A stretch of 63,976 nt of DNA, the filler included, from Octopus bimaculoides (lineage: Eukaryota): assembly GCF_001194135.2 (NCBI RefSeq). It is 8 parts of 7 records of this genome, joined end to end, with 100 filler letters (N's around TTAATTAATTAA, not from the genome) between each part and the next. Parts side by side here need not be neighbours in the genome. Positions count along the whole stretch, not along the records: positions 20,677 to 30,217 come from NC_068987.1; positions 30,318 to 33,826 come from NC_068990.1; positions 33,927 to 39,474 come from NW_026430649.1; positions 39,575 to 48,257 come from NW_026411931.1; 4 more parts are not named here. One strand, 5' to 3'. This document shows positions 27,330-40,106 of this stretch, piece after piece. Positions within the stretch are counted from its first letter, which is position 1. Each line of letters opens with the position of its first letter. Made by a program: the position numbers and the translations under genes. The notes below the pieces were generated by a model. The model was not told the origin of the DNA, did no database searches, and worked only from the letters and a program-made list of their open reading frames with translations.

Positions 27330-28200
27330 TCCCTTGAATACATCCTTGAATGGCTGACTAGTCCGGTATTATTGTTAGGAGTTAGCCAATGCATTTTGTT
27401 TAATGTTTCAGTAGAGGTTCAGATTGGTGCAATAAAGTGTCTTTGCCCGTGATTTCGAATGTGGTATATTCGGAAGCTGACAGTATCTAACAGTTCGTAC
27501 ATTAAAATTCTCTGTAATGTTAAAATTTAGAACAAGATTTTCCATACGTATGTATATCTCTTCAGCATTCAAGATAGTAGTGACGCAACGCTTTCAAATA
27601 TTCCCAGTCGTTAAGGCCTTTAACCAAAGGTATTTTACAGGTAAACGTTCTTCATAACCCTTTAATTTCTTTTGTGAGACCGGATAAGTTAGGAGACCAA
27701 AGTTGTAAGCAGTAATCTTACTTGCTCGAAACTCAGGTTTTTATATGGTTTGCAGCTGTCGGTTTTACAGTTGATATCTGTGGGAGTTCTGGATTTCGAT
27801 GAAAATCTGGACCAACACTGCCACTGCAAAGGATGTTTCTACTGTGGATTTGGTGGTGTCTTGAAGTCATGCTTTTACTAATGCATCGAGTCCCTGGAAG
27901 ATGGGTGAAGGGACAGTCACACATCAGACATAATCTTTCGTATAGCAACAGAATAGCAACAGATTTTACGATTTCGAGTTGCATATATAGTAGTTATTAA
28001 GTGGGATATAGCATTTCGTAGTGGTGGTGGTATTGTAAGATGTGTGGTTTGGCGTTGGCTGGTATTCCTTGTACGAATTATGCATTTTGTCCCAGGTAAA
28101 TGAGTGAAGCTACAGTCACTGCATATGCATAGTCTCTCGCGTTGAGAATAGCGGCATATTTTGGGGTTTCGTGTGTTCATAGTTTCACTTTATTTACAGT
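27330..28200 (-). mobile_element. Heavily decayed Penelope-like remnant with an internal ~215-bp imperfect duplication
   Basis: Two copies of TRN.KIC.YS...RLC..(C/S)DC.FTHLPGT.CI, a Cys-rich linker like that preceding GIY-YIG. Many stops. Confidence 0.35.
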
Positions 28201-28510
28201 TGGCAGATTTATCATGGAGCTATCAGATTGAAGTGGACAGTGGAGGTGGGAAGAAAGGAGTGGTTCTTCACTATTTGGAATAGTAGTAATGGTAATGGTA
28301 GTCGCAGTAAAATTGGATGACAATGGTAATGATAAAACTTCTTGTGTTATTCTGGGATGAATTTGAGTGACATGACTATGGAGAAGAGCTAGAGACTGTG
28401 TCGTTTAATCAATTGTTCTATTGAAATTGACTGCCAATTCTGATCTTGTTGTTGCTGTTGTTTAGTTGTGGTAAGAGGAGTAGCAGTAGAACATTATGAC
28501 AATATATATA

Positions 28511-29980
28511 TAGTAACGAGCAAAAAAAGAGAACGATTAATAGCTTTTTAAATGTCGGAAAAGCTAGTAAACGTACAAGTTCGTAATTGGTTTCATAAAC
28601 ATGGCTAACCATTAGCTAAATTCTCTGAAAATCTAAGTTTGTACAATGGTCTTAATAAAAGTTAATAACACTAACACTAATTTCGTCCAAATGTTTCATG
28701 TGCAAAATAAGAGAACGTTTAGATTCCTTCAGAAATTTCTGGAAATTTCAAACATTGTTTACATTTACAGGCTCAACGTTACTACCGATTCAATATTGTG
28801 CTAGCTTCAGAACATGGTACACCACGCTAAAGTTACTCCCGACCTCCGAAAAGAAATTGTCAGGATGAAAGTTTCTGGAATGACTCTCTCAGCTATTTCA
28901 CGAGGCGTAAGGAGATCTAAGAGTGTAGTTTCACGTGTTCTTAATCTCTATGAAGAAACTAAAGATTTTGAACCGAAAAAGCATTTGGTAGGCCACGCAA
29001 AACCACCATGCGAGATGATCAAGCCATGAAACAGTACGTATTGAAGGATCCTTTCGAGACTGCAGCTGGAATTTCTAAGAAATTAAATGTAAATAATGGT
29101 ACGGAAGTGAGCCGCTTTACAACGTTTGAAGGAATTTGGATTAAAGACTTGTTCCCCGGCAACGAAAGCTACCATCAGCAAGACGAACAAATTGGAAAGA
29201 CTTTCATTTGCAGAAGCTTATGTGAACTGGAGGGATGAAAATTGGTCAAAAGTTCATTTTAGCGATGAAAGCGAATGCAATTTAATGTGTTCAGATGGTA
29301 GACAGTATGTTAGGCGCTTCATAAGAGATTGGCTAAAATTCAAGTGCCAGAAGAAATCTGCCAAGTTTGGAGGAGGAAGCGTCATAGTGTGGGAAATTAT
29401 TTCTTCTGAAGGAGTTGACCCTCTAGTGCAGATTAAAGGGACTATTAATGCTAATATCTATTTGAATTTGGTTAAACAGCATATGATCCCATCATTACGA
29501 GCATTTCTGAATCAACCGTGCATTTTCATGCAAGATAACACCCTTTATCATACTGCAAAGCGTGTCACTGAATTCTTTAGTGAAAAGAATATCCAAGTAA
29601 TGAAGTAGCCAGCACAAAGTCCAGACTTGAATCCAGTTAAAAACCTTTCGAAGATACTAGGAGACAAAGTAAGACCAAGGGCACCAACTACTACAACGAA
29701 TTTATGGGAGGTATTAGAAGAGAAATGGAAGGCAGTAACACCTGACTAGTGCAGGAAACATGTTATGTCCTGTGGAAATCGACGTGCAGAGGTGATCTCC
29801 AACAAAGATCTACGAACATCATACTAACTGTATTAAGTTCATATTTACATTTCTTTCAATCATTATTATGGTTTTGAGTTAACTGGAGCATTTTTAGTTT
29901 GAGACGTTTGGACGAAACTAGTATTAGTGTTATTAACTTTTATTAAGACCACATAGACAGACAGATAGATAGATAGATAA

Positions 29981-30050
<70 letters not shown>

Positions 30051-30184
30051 GTACCAACTTAGGTTTTTCACAGAATTTAGCTAATGGTTAACCGTACTGG
30101 CGAAACCAATTGCGAATTTGTACATCTGCTAGCTTTACCGAAATTTAAAAAAACTATTAATCGTTCTCTTTTTTTGCTCGCTAA
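28511..30184 (+). mobile_element. Tc1-family DNA transposon, decayed, ~190-bp TIRs
   Basis: 28511-28700 is the reverse complement of 29900-30184 once a (GATA)n insertion is removed; an internal transposase lies between them. Confidence 0.9.
28814..29827 (+). pseudogene. Tc1 transposase pseudogene (DD34E type)
   Basis: HTH-like N-terminus, FSDES, KFGGGSVIVW, FMQDN, and *PAQSPDLNPVKN (catalytic E changed to K). Frameshifts and stops. Confidence 0.9.
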
Positions 30185-30217
<33 letters not shown>

Positions 30218-30317
30218 NNNNNNNNNNNNNNNNNNNNNNNNNNNNNNNNNNNNNNNNNNNNTTAATTAATTAANNNNNNNNNNNNNNNNNNNNNNNNNNN
30301 NNNNNNNNNNNNNNNNN

Positions 30318-30654
30318 CGAGCAAATCGACCCCAGGACTTATTTAAGCCTAGTACTTATTCTATCGGTCTCTTTTGCCGAACCGCTAAGTTACGGGGACG
30401 TAAACACACCAGCATCGGTTGTCAAGCGATGTTGGGGGGAGGACAAACACAGACACAAACACACACACATATATATACATATACATATATACGACGGTCT
30501 TCTTTCAGTTTCCGTCTACCAAATCCACTCACAAGGCTTTGGTCGGCCCGAGGCTATAGTAGAAGACACTTGCCCAAGATGCCACGCAGTGGGACTGAAC
30601 TCGGAACCATGTGGTTGGTAAGCAAGCTACTTACCACAAAGCCACTCATACGCC
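30318..30654 (-). mobile_element. SINE family A
   Basis: Reverse complement of 3833-4200. Confidence 0.88.
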
Positions 30655-31027
30655 TATGTATAAATATATTTTCGAGAACTGGAAAATTCCGCCTATGCCT
30701 GATTAACCTGTTGGTATCTTTCTAAGGTCTAAGGAAGATACCTCATTTACCTTTTATTAGTTTTTGCATTTTAGTTTTTACCTTTTCGTTTTCCGTTTGT
30801 TAGCATTCTGCGTTTTCTATATGCTGCCTTCTCAGGTTTTTTGCGTTTCTTCTTTTATTTAATTTTTGTTTTTTTTTTAGTTCGTTGCCATTGAATATGT
30901 TTGAGATATTTCTCAATATATGAAACTATTAGCAGCACGTAAAGACATGTATTGTTTCCTTTGAACAAATATTTATCTCTCCCTAGATGGAGTCATGTTT
31001 TTGTTGATCTTTCTATCACGGGGCATT

Positions 31028-31182
31028 AAGTAGCTTGTTTAGCAACCACATGGTTCCGGGTTCAGTCCCACTGCGTGGCGCCTTGGTAAGTGTCTTCTGC
31101 TATAGCCTCGGGCCGACCAAAGCTTTGTGAGTGGATTTGGTAGACGGAAACTGAAAGAAGACCGTCGTATAAATGTATATAT
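31028..31182 (+). mobile_element. SINE family A, 5' half
   Basis: Match up to the gap. Confidence 0.8.
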
Positions 31183-31753
31183 NNNNNNNNNNNNNNNNNN
31201 NNNNNNNNNNNNNNNNNNNNNNNNNNNNNNNNNNNNNNNNNNNNNNNNNNNNNNNNNNNNNNNNNNNNNNNNNNNNNNNNNNNNNNNNNNNNNNNNNNNN
31301 NNNNNNNNNNNNNNNNNNNNNNNNNNNNNNNNNNNNNNNNNNNNNNNNNNNNNNNNNNNNNNNNNNNNNNNNNNNNNNNNNNNNNNNNNNNNNNNNNNNN
31401 NNNNNNNNNNNNNNNNNNNNNNNNNNNNNNNNNNNNNNNNNNNNNNNNNNNNNNNNNNNNNNNNNNNNNNNNNNNNNNNNNNNNNNNNNNNNNNNNNNNN
31501 NNNNNNNNNNNNNNNNNNNNNNNNNNNNNNNNNNNNNNNNNNNNNNNNNNNNNNNNNNNNNNNNNNNNNNNNNNNNNNNNNNNNNNNNNNNNNNNNNNNN
31601 NNNNNNNNNNNNNNNNNNNNNNNNNNNNNNNNNNNNNNNNNNNNNNNNNNNNNNNNNNNNNNNNNNNNNNNNNNNNNNNNNNNNNNNNNNNNNNNNNNNN
31701 NNNNNNNNNNNNNNNNNNNNNNNNNNNNNNNNNNNNNNNNNNNNNNNNNNNNN

Positions 31754-31785
<32 letters not shown>

Positions 31786-31875
31786 GTTGGAATTTCCCAA
31801 AAAAAGCAAAAGACGAAGACGGGTGTGTAAACACCAAACAGATGTATTAGTTTAACTCTCGGGAAGTAAGAAAGT

Positions 31876-31911
31876 CTTTTACGCTTCGAGCCTACGCTCT
31901 TCAACAGAAAG
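31876..31911 (-). ncRNA. Minimal type-I hammerhead-ribozyme-like motif (variant core)
   Basis: Stem I cttt/aaag, core CUGUUGA, stem II GAGC/GCUC, GAAG (A15.1 changed to G), GUA site. Confidence 0.45.
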
Positions 31912-32258
31912 GAAACTTCAGAAAAGTTCAAAAGGTTCAAACGTCGTGGTGTATTGGAGCGATTTCTCATCAACGGAAGAGTCCAGTGTAATCCATGTGT
32001 ATGCAAGAGAGGTGCAGAAAAACCAGGTGGAAGTCCGAAGTGTAGGAGAGTAGAAAATCCAAGTAGAATAGCCCGAAGTGTAGGTGTAGAAAATCAAGGA
32101 AGAAGCTTGAAGTGTAAGGTAGAGACATGATGAAACTGGTGCGACCACGTGAGCGTGCAATATATAGTTGGTATTTACAAAAAAAAAATCAGAAGGCGAA
32201 GACAAGTGTGTAAACACCAAACAGAAGTATTAGTTTAACGCTCGAGAAGTGAGAAAGT

Positions 32259-32294
32259 CTTTGATGTTTCGAGCCTACGCTCTTCAACAGAAAG
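32259..32294 (-). ncRNA. Minimal type-I hammerhead-ribozyme-like motif (variant core)
   Basis: Stem I cttt/aaag, core CUGUUGA, stem II GAGC/GCUC, GAAA, AUC site. Confidence 0.5.
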
Positions 32295-32814
32295 GAAAGT
32301 TTAGAAAAGTTCAAAAGGTTATGCATGTATGTATGTATGTATGTATGTATGTGTGTGTGTGCATGTATGTATACATATATATATATACATACAAGAATAA
32401 GGGCAGGGAATCGTCAATTAATAATAGAATTAATAATTAACAATTTTGCCAAGTAGTTCAGTATGAAAAAACCTTTATCGGTAAAACCATTTATCATCAT
32501 AAATATACAGGGATTAGCTTTGAGTTGCTTCTCCAACATACTNNNNNNNNNNNNNNNNNNNNNNNNNNNNNNNNNNNNNNNNNNNNNNNNNNNNNNNNNN
32601 NNNNNNNNNNNNNNNNNNNNNNNNNNNNNNNNNNNNNNNNNNNNNNNNNNNNNNNNNNNNNNNNNNNNNNNNNNNNNNNNNNNNNNNNNNNNNNNNNNNN
32701 NNNNNNNNNNNNNNNNNNNNNNNNNNNNNNNNNNNNNNNNNNNNNNNNNNNNNNNNNNNNNNNNNNNNNNNNNNNNNNNNNNNNNNNNNNNNNNNNNNNN
32801 NNNNNNNNNNNNNN

Positions 32815-33190
32815 CTAAAGACTTGTGTTGTTTATGCTTTCCCCTCCGGGTTTTTGTTCTATGCGTGCCACAAATATCGCCATCCATTTAGAGAAAAATT
32901 TGTAGTTTAGAATCAGTAGTTCTTTGACTGCTATTTCTAAATTTTCAGTGTGTTGGAGAAGCAACTCAATGCTAATCCCTGTATATTTATGATTATATAT
33001 ACATACATATATATATATACATACATATATATATATACATACATATATATATATACATACATATATATACATACAAACACACCCACACCCGCACACAGGA
33101 TTTATATGTAAGCTACAATAAGGCTCATGCTCAAATAATACTGTAATCGGACGGGCTTGTATAGTATTCTGTGAAGCATCCGGCAAAGGT
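32815..33190 (-). mobile_element. Possible Penelope-like RT fragment
   Basis: LEIAVKELLILNYKFFS then, after a frameshift, MDGDICGTH weakly resembles the F.FN.K.Y.Q.DG..MG motif. Interrupted by a microsatellite. Confidence 0.3.
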
Positions 33191-33780
33191 TAAGGCTCAA
33201 AATAAACATGGTTACTCTCTGGAGAAAAGCGAAAGAGAGAAAAATGAGAGGAAAATAATGATCGAGATGACAAAAAAATAACAGAAAACGTTGTTGAAAA
33301 TGTGAGATAGAAGTTATGTCACTTTGACCTTTTAGAAGAAGAACACTGGTAATATATTATATATGAATTAACAATGGAAATCTGGGTTAATCGGATGGGA
33401 AATGGTTAAGGTTTGTAAGACTGTATGCTTAATTCAGAGAGGATGATTCTCTCGTTTGCGATAACAGAAACTTGTCGAAATGCCTGTGTCTTGGGAAAAT
33501 TTCCCATCTCGTGTTCAAAAAGGTCGGTGGAATTCATAAATTTGAGAAGAACGTCCTTTCAGCTACATGACACGTAAACCTCCATTAACCATTAATGTAT
33601 AGGGTCCATTCTCTTTCATTTTCTTTCTTTTTGTTTCTCTTTCTGAAAGAAATCGGCTGTGATCTGTCCTAAGAGAGAACGGTCCCGCTAGTACTAAACA
33701 TGTACATAACAAGCGGTATATTACGATGGTGTTCCTACAACTTCATCAGAAGATAGTGAACATTGGTATATATGGTATAA

Positions 33781-33826
<46 letters not shown>

Positions 33827-33870
33827 NNNNNNNNNNNNNNNNNNNNNNNNNNNNNNNNNNNNNNNNNNNN

Positions 33871-33882
33871 TTAATTAATTAA
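33871..33882. other. Assembly spacer TTAATTAATTAA within N runs (also 20621, 30262, 39519, 48302, 53966, 62442)
   Basis: The identical 12-mer is always centred in ~100-bp N blocks and has stops in all six frames. It marks gaps of unknown size. Confidence 0.95.
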
Positions 33883-33926
33883 NNNNNNNNNNNNNNNNNN
33901 NNNNNNNNNNNNNNNNNNNNNNNNNN

Positions 33927-36500
33927 AAAGACACAACGACACACGTTACACCAACAACAAAAATACACACAGAAACACAGGAGTCAACTTCCCAACTTCC
34001 TACAACGTCTCACGCTATACCACCTACAAGTGAAAGAACAACACAACCTGAAGATATTCTAAAAACTGACACTGCAGAACCTCTCACCACAACTACAAAA
34101 CTACCGACTCAGTCAACTCTAGCCGAAGAAGTAGAAACATCTATGCCCACTACCATTTCTCATACCACAATGACACCAACAACTCAAACAACTATTGCTT
34201 CTTCAACAACAGAACATACGACTGTCACTGAACTCCCACCCACTGATACATCTAGCACAGAAGCTACAACTATGTCATCGACTGAAACGACACCAGAAAC
34301 TACAACACCAACAAGCACACTAGAAACNNNNNNNNNNNNNNNNNNNNNNNNNNNNNNNNNNNNNNNNNNNNNNNNNNNNNNNNNNNNNNNNNNNNNNNNN
34401 NNNNNNNNNNNNNNNNNNNNNNNNNNNNNNNNNNNNNNNNNNNNNNNNNNNNNNNNNNNNNNNNNNNNNNNNNNNNNNNNNNNNNNNNNNNNNNNNNNNN
34501 NNNNNNNNNNNNNNNNNNNNNNNNNNNNNNNNNNNNNNNNNNNNNNNNNNNNNNNNNNNNNNNNNNNNNNNNNNNNNNNNNNNNNNNNNNNNNNNNNNNN
34601 NNNNNNNNNNNNNNNNNNNNNNNNNNNNNNNNNNNNNNNNNNNNNNNNNNNNNNNNNNNNNNNNNNNNNNNNNNNNNNNNNNNNNNNNNNNNNNNNNNNN
34701 NNNNNNNNNNNNNNNNNNNNNNNNNNNNNNNNNNNNNNNNNNNNNNNNNNNNNNNNNNNNNNNNNNNNNNNNNNNNNNNNNNNNNNNNNNNNNNNNNNNN
34801 NNNNNNNNNNNNNNNNNNNNNNNNNNNNNNNNNNNNNNNNNNNNNNNNNNNNNNNNNNNNNNNNNNNNNNNNNNNNNNNNNNNNNNNNNNNNNNNNNNNN
34901 NNNNNNNNNNNNNNNNNNNNNNNNNNNNNNNNNNCAGGAGTCAACTTCCCAACTTCCTACAACGTCTCACGCTATACCACCTACAAGTGAAAGAACAACA
35001 CAACCTGAAGATATTCTAAAAACTGACACTGCAGTACCTCTCACTATAACTACAAAACTACCAGATCAGTCAACTGTAGCCGAAGAAGTAGAAACATCTA
35101 TGCCCGCTACCATTTCTCATACCACAATGACACCAACAACTCAAACAACTATTGCTTCTTCAACAACAGAACATACGACTGTCACTGAACTCCCACCCAC
35201 TGATACATCTAGCACAGAAGCTACAACTATGTCATCGACTGAAACGACACCAGAAACTACAACACCAACAAGCACACTAGAAACGCTTTCCACACATGTC
35301 AAAGACACAACGACACACATTACACCAACAACACAAATACACACAGAAACTGAGGAGTCAACATCCCAACTTCCTACAACGACTCACGCTATACCACCTA
35401 CAAGTGACAGAACAACACAACCTGAAGATATTCTAAAAACTGACACTGCTGAACCTCTCACCATAAGTACAAAACTACCAACTCAGTCAACTATAGCCGA
35501 AGAAGTAGAAACATCTATGCCCACTACCATTTCTCATACCACAATGACACCAACAACTCAAACAACTATTGCTTCTTCAACAACAAAACATACCACTGTC
35601 ACTGAACTCCCACGCAATGATACAACTAGCACAGAAGCTATAACTTTGACATCGAGTGAAAAGACATCAGAAATTACAACATTAACAAGCACACTACAAG
35701 TGCATACAACCCAAGACAAAGACACAACGACACACATTACACCAACAACACAAATACACACAGAAACTGAGGAATCAAGCTCCCAACTTCCTACAATGAC
35801 TCACGCTATACCACCTACAAGTGAAAGAACCACACAACCTGAAGATATTCTAAAAATTGACACTGCAGAACCTCTCACCACAACTACAAAACTACCAACT
35901 CAGTCAACTCTAGCCGAAGAAGTAGAAACGTCTATGCCCACTACCATTTCTCATACCACAATGACACCAACAACTCAAACAACTATTGCTTCTTCAACAA
36001 CAGAACATACGACTGTCACTGAACTCCCACGCACTGATACAACTAGCACAGACGCTACAACAATGACATCGACTGAAAAGACTTCAGGAATTACAACAGA
36101 AACGAGCACACGAGAAATGCTTACAATACCTGTCACAGACACAACGACACCGATTACTTCAACTAGTGAAATTGAAACAGAAACTGAGGAGTCTATTACA
36201 CATCTTTATACAACCACACACATTGTAACACCTACTATTGAAAGCACAACACAACTTCCAGACATTTTAACAATTGAGACTACAGAACTTCTCAGCACTA
36301 CGACAAAACTACCACCTTTCACAACTCTAACTCAGCAAGTAGAAACATCTATGACAACCACAATTGCTGCTACCACCATGAGCACACCAACTCAAAAAAC
36401 AATTTCTTCCTCAACCTCAGAACTCTCCACTGGCTCTGAAATCTCACTCATTGATCAAATTACAACTCTGTCATCAACTGAAAAGCCTGTAGAATTTCCT
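33927..36500 (+). repeat. 417-bp coding tandem repeat
   Basis: Units start (ESTSQLP) near 33981, 34938, 35355, 35772 and 36189 (diverged). Confidence 0.92.
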
Positions 36501-39474
36501 ACACCAGCAAGTCACACTGACGACATGAAAACATTAACCCCTAATACAGCTTCTTTTAATACAACGCACAGTCCATCTCAAATGACAACTGCTTCATCAT
36601 CAGAGCACCCTGCTACATTACTAGTAACTGACAAATCTAATGCTGTATTTAGAACTTCGGCATCACCAGAAAATCTTGAGAATCCTGTTCAGAAAGCAAT
36701 TACAAAACATATGCCCACTCAAACTACCAGCAATATGACCACTTTGCTTTATATGACCAATTCTAATCAAACAGAAACTGCTCCTGTGACATCCAATTTT
36801 CCTCGAAAATCTGACGTAGACAAAAGTACTGTCGAAAGCACAACACAAATTACAGATATTGAAACTGAACTCCCAACCCAGACATCCTTTTTACAACAGC
36901 TAACCACAAGTACCCAACAACCAACTCTATCTTTTCAGCCAGCAGAACTGGATTCAAGAATAACATATTCGATCTCAACTGCAGATAATAGCCGAAAGAT
37001 AACTGAATATTCTACAGCACAACCAAGAACTGCAGCAAGTACTCCAGAAGTTCAAATCCAGTTCCTTCCAATAACTACAACCACAACGACGACGACGACG
37101 ACGACAACCACAACCACAAGACGACCAACAACTCAAGAAATTTCAACAGCAAGAACTAAGGTAACTACTGACTTCCTTGAAACAACAAAATTTCACAACA
37201 TAACCACTCAAGAAACAGAGACTGATATCATAACACAGGATAAACAACTAGAGGCGGAAATTACCACGCATGCTGTTACTACACAACAAACAATACTGCC
37301 CACTCAAGCTGAAAACAATGAAACAATTATGCCAAAACAACTCACTGGTACAATGCACACTCCTTCTCAAACAGTAACTTTCTCCAAAGAACACACCATT
37401 CATACACCACTAACCAGTCAAAGTAGCATTCAATACACAACTCAGGAATCAACTAAAGAATTTCTCACACATATAACTACAAGCACACCAGAAATGCTTA
37501 CACAAAATATCACCAACACAACAACACACATTCCTTCAACAAGACAAATTCAAAATGAAACAGCTAAATCTACTTCTCAAATTCCTCACACAACAAACAT
37601 TGACACATCTACTAGTGGAAGCACAACACAATTGACGAGTCTTCTAAAAACAGAAGGAACAGCAAAGATTACACCAACACTAACAAAAACTACCAAACAA
37701 CAAACTCAGTCGGTTGTAGACAAACATGTACAAACATCTATACCAATCACACCTGCAACTAGCACAATGCGCACACCAGTTGATCAGAAACTTGCTTCAT
37801 CAACAGAACACACCACTGAAATAACACAAACTGATCACACTAGTACTGAATATAGAACTCCAGCATCAACTGAAAAGACTCTCGAAATTACAATACCAGC
37901 ATACACACTTGAATCCCTTACACAAACTATCAAAGACACAACTAGAACACACATTCCACCAACAAGTCAAATTCACACAGTAACTGCTGAATCAACTTCT
38001 CAAATTCCACACACTGCACATGTTCACACATTTACTATTGAGAGCGTACCTCAAACTACAGATGTTCTGAAAACAGAACAAAAGACAAACACTCCACTAC
38101 CTCAGACAACAAAAACTGGACAAACATCTGTACCAGTCACAAACGTTTCTAGCATGACACACATACCAACTCACACTACAATCACAGAACAAACAAACTA
38201 CACACTGGGTACAAATGAAACAAGAACAGAATATACACCTCAAGAACCTGAAATGATTTTCAAGACTCGTACACCAGCAACAACATCACAGTTCCTTACA
38301 GAATTTCTCACCAAGACTACAAGAAAACACATACCTTCAACAACGCACATTCAAATACAATCACAAAAATCTACAACTCAAATGCCTCAAACGACACGCA
38401 TCAAGGCAACAACAGCTAAAAGTGCAACAGAAATTACAGGTATTGCAACAAAAGAGATTACATCACCTATCACCGCAATTACTCCAGAAACTCTCTCACC
38501 TCCAGCCATAGATTTACAAACATCTATTCCACCTACATTTGGTGCTACCACAATGCGCACACTAACGACAGCATCATTTCCTTCATCAACACAACAAATC
38601 AGTTCCACAGGAATACCACTCACCAATCAAACTAGCACCCAAAATACAATTCAAGCATCAACTGAAAAGATGCTCGACCTAACTACATCAGCTAGCACAC
38701 CAGAACGGCTTACACAAAATATCACACACACAACACAGAAGACTTCCACACGTCAAATGACAACAAAAGCAGATAAATCCACTTCACTTCCTCAAACAAC
38801 ACAAATTCACACACTTACTGCTGAAAGCATAACACAAGTCAAAGACAATCAAACAAACATGATTCCATCATCACTCATAACTACAGATGAGACACTTCTC
38901 TCAACTCTAACCAAAGATGTACAAAAATCGATGTCACCTACACTTGCTACTAGTAAAATGCACACACCAACCGCCACAACAATTCCTTCATCCACAAAAG
39001 AACACACTACTACCACTGCAGTACTACACACTGATCAAACTACCACTCAAGATACAACTGAGGCGTCCACTGAAAAGATTTCAGAAATTATTATACCAGC
39101 AACCACACAACCAGCAATCCCTTCATCAACAAAAGAAAGCATTACTACCACCACAATCCCACACATTGATCAAACTAGCAAGCAATATACAACTAAGGTT
39201 ACAAATGAAAAGACTCTGGAAATTACTACACCAGCAACTACAAGAGAATTACCAACAACACCTCTCACAGACACAACAACACAGATTACTTCAAGTCAGA
39301 TTCAGACACAAACTAAGGAATCTACTTCGCAGCTTCCTCACATGACACACATTGATATATCAACTGTTGAAAGCACAACACAATTCACAGATAATTTAAC
39401 AACAGAGACTACACCACCTCTCACCTCAACTACAGAACAACCATCTCAGTCTACTCGAGCCACAGATATACAAA
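33927..39474 (+). CDS. Partial giant exon of a mucin-like (Thr/Ser/Pro-rich) protein with 139-aa tandem repeats
   Basis: Stop-free frame from the gap at 33927 to the gap at 39474: 4540 bp continuous from 34935 plus 401 bp before an internal gap. Thr-dominated with no Cys or Trp, and a 417-bp repeat. The true start, end and splice sites are not visible; the ORF-track Met (34143) and stop (39530, inside a linker) are not real boundaries. Confidence 0.88.
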
Positions 39475-39574
39475 NNNNNNNNNNNNNNNNNNNNNNNNNN
39501 NNNNNNNNNNNNNNNNNNTTAATTAATTAANNNNNNNNNNNNNNNNNNNNNNNNNNNNNNNNNNNNNNNNNNNN

Positions 39575-39786
39575 TGTGTGTGTGTGTGTGTGGTGTGTGT
39601 GTGTGTGTATGTGGTGTGTGTGTGAAATCAAAAGTAAGATAGGGAGAGCGATTGAAAGAGCCAAAAGAATTCAAAAAGTTAGGTATACAGTGATAATAAG
39701 CAGAAACTTGCATTTACACATATATACACTCGCAAGTACCCTTACATGTATACTATACATACATACTTACGCAAATATGCATACCC

Positions 39787-39850
<64 letters not shown>

Positions 39851-40027
39851 ACATAAATAAAGAGAAACGGTAGAAAGACAGGCAGACAGACAGGTAAGTA
39901 GGTAGGTAGGTAGGTAGGTAGGTAAGTAGGTAGATAAATAGATAAACATAAATAAAGAGAAACGGTAAAATAGAAAGACAGACAGACAGACAGACAGACA
40001 GGCAGACAGACAGACAGACAGACAGAC

Positions 40028-40106
<79 letters not shown>

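Larger units (their letters stand above)
31814..32320 (-). repeat. Element with 124-bp direct terminal repeats (period 383 bp), each carrying a hammerhead-like motif
   Basis: 31814-31937 and 32197-32320 align throughout. Each contains, on the minus strand, cttt-CTGTTGA-A-GAGC-gtag-GCTC-GAA(A/G)-C(G/A)T(A/C)-aaag. Confidence 0.75.

Noticed and set aside
31814-32320. CRISPR array or LTR retrotransposon reading of the direct repeats
   Set aside because: There are only two long repeats, no spacer periodicity, and no TG...CA ends, PBS or gag/pol; the context is eukaryotic.
39519-39530. Stop codon of the 1795-aa ORF, and TTAATTAATTAA as a biological motif
   Set aside because: It is an artificial spacer centred in N runs, seen seven times. 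It also means the mucin contig's neighbours are joined only by scaffolding.
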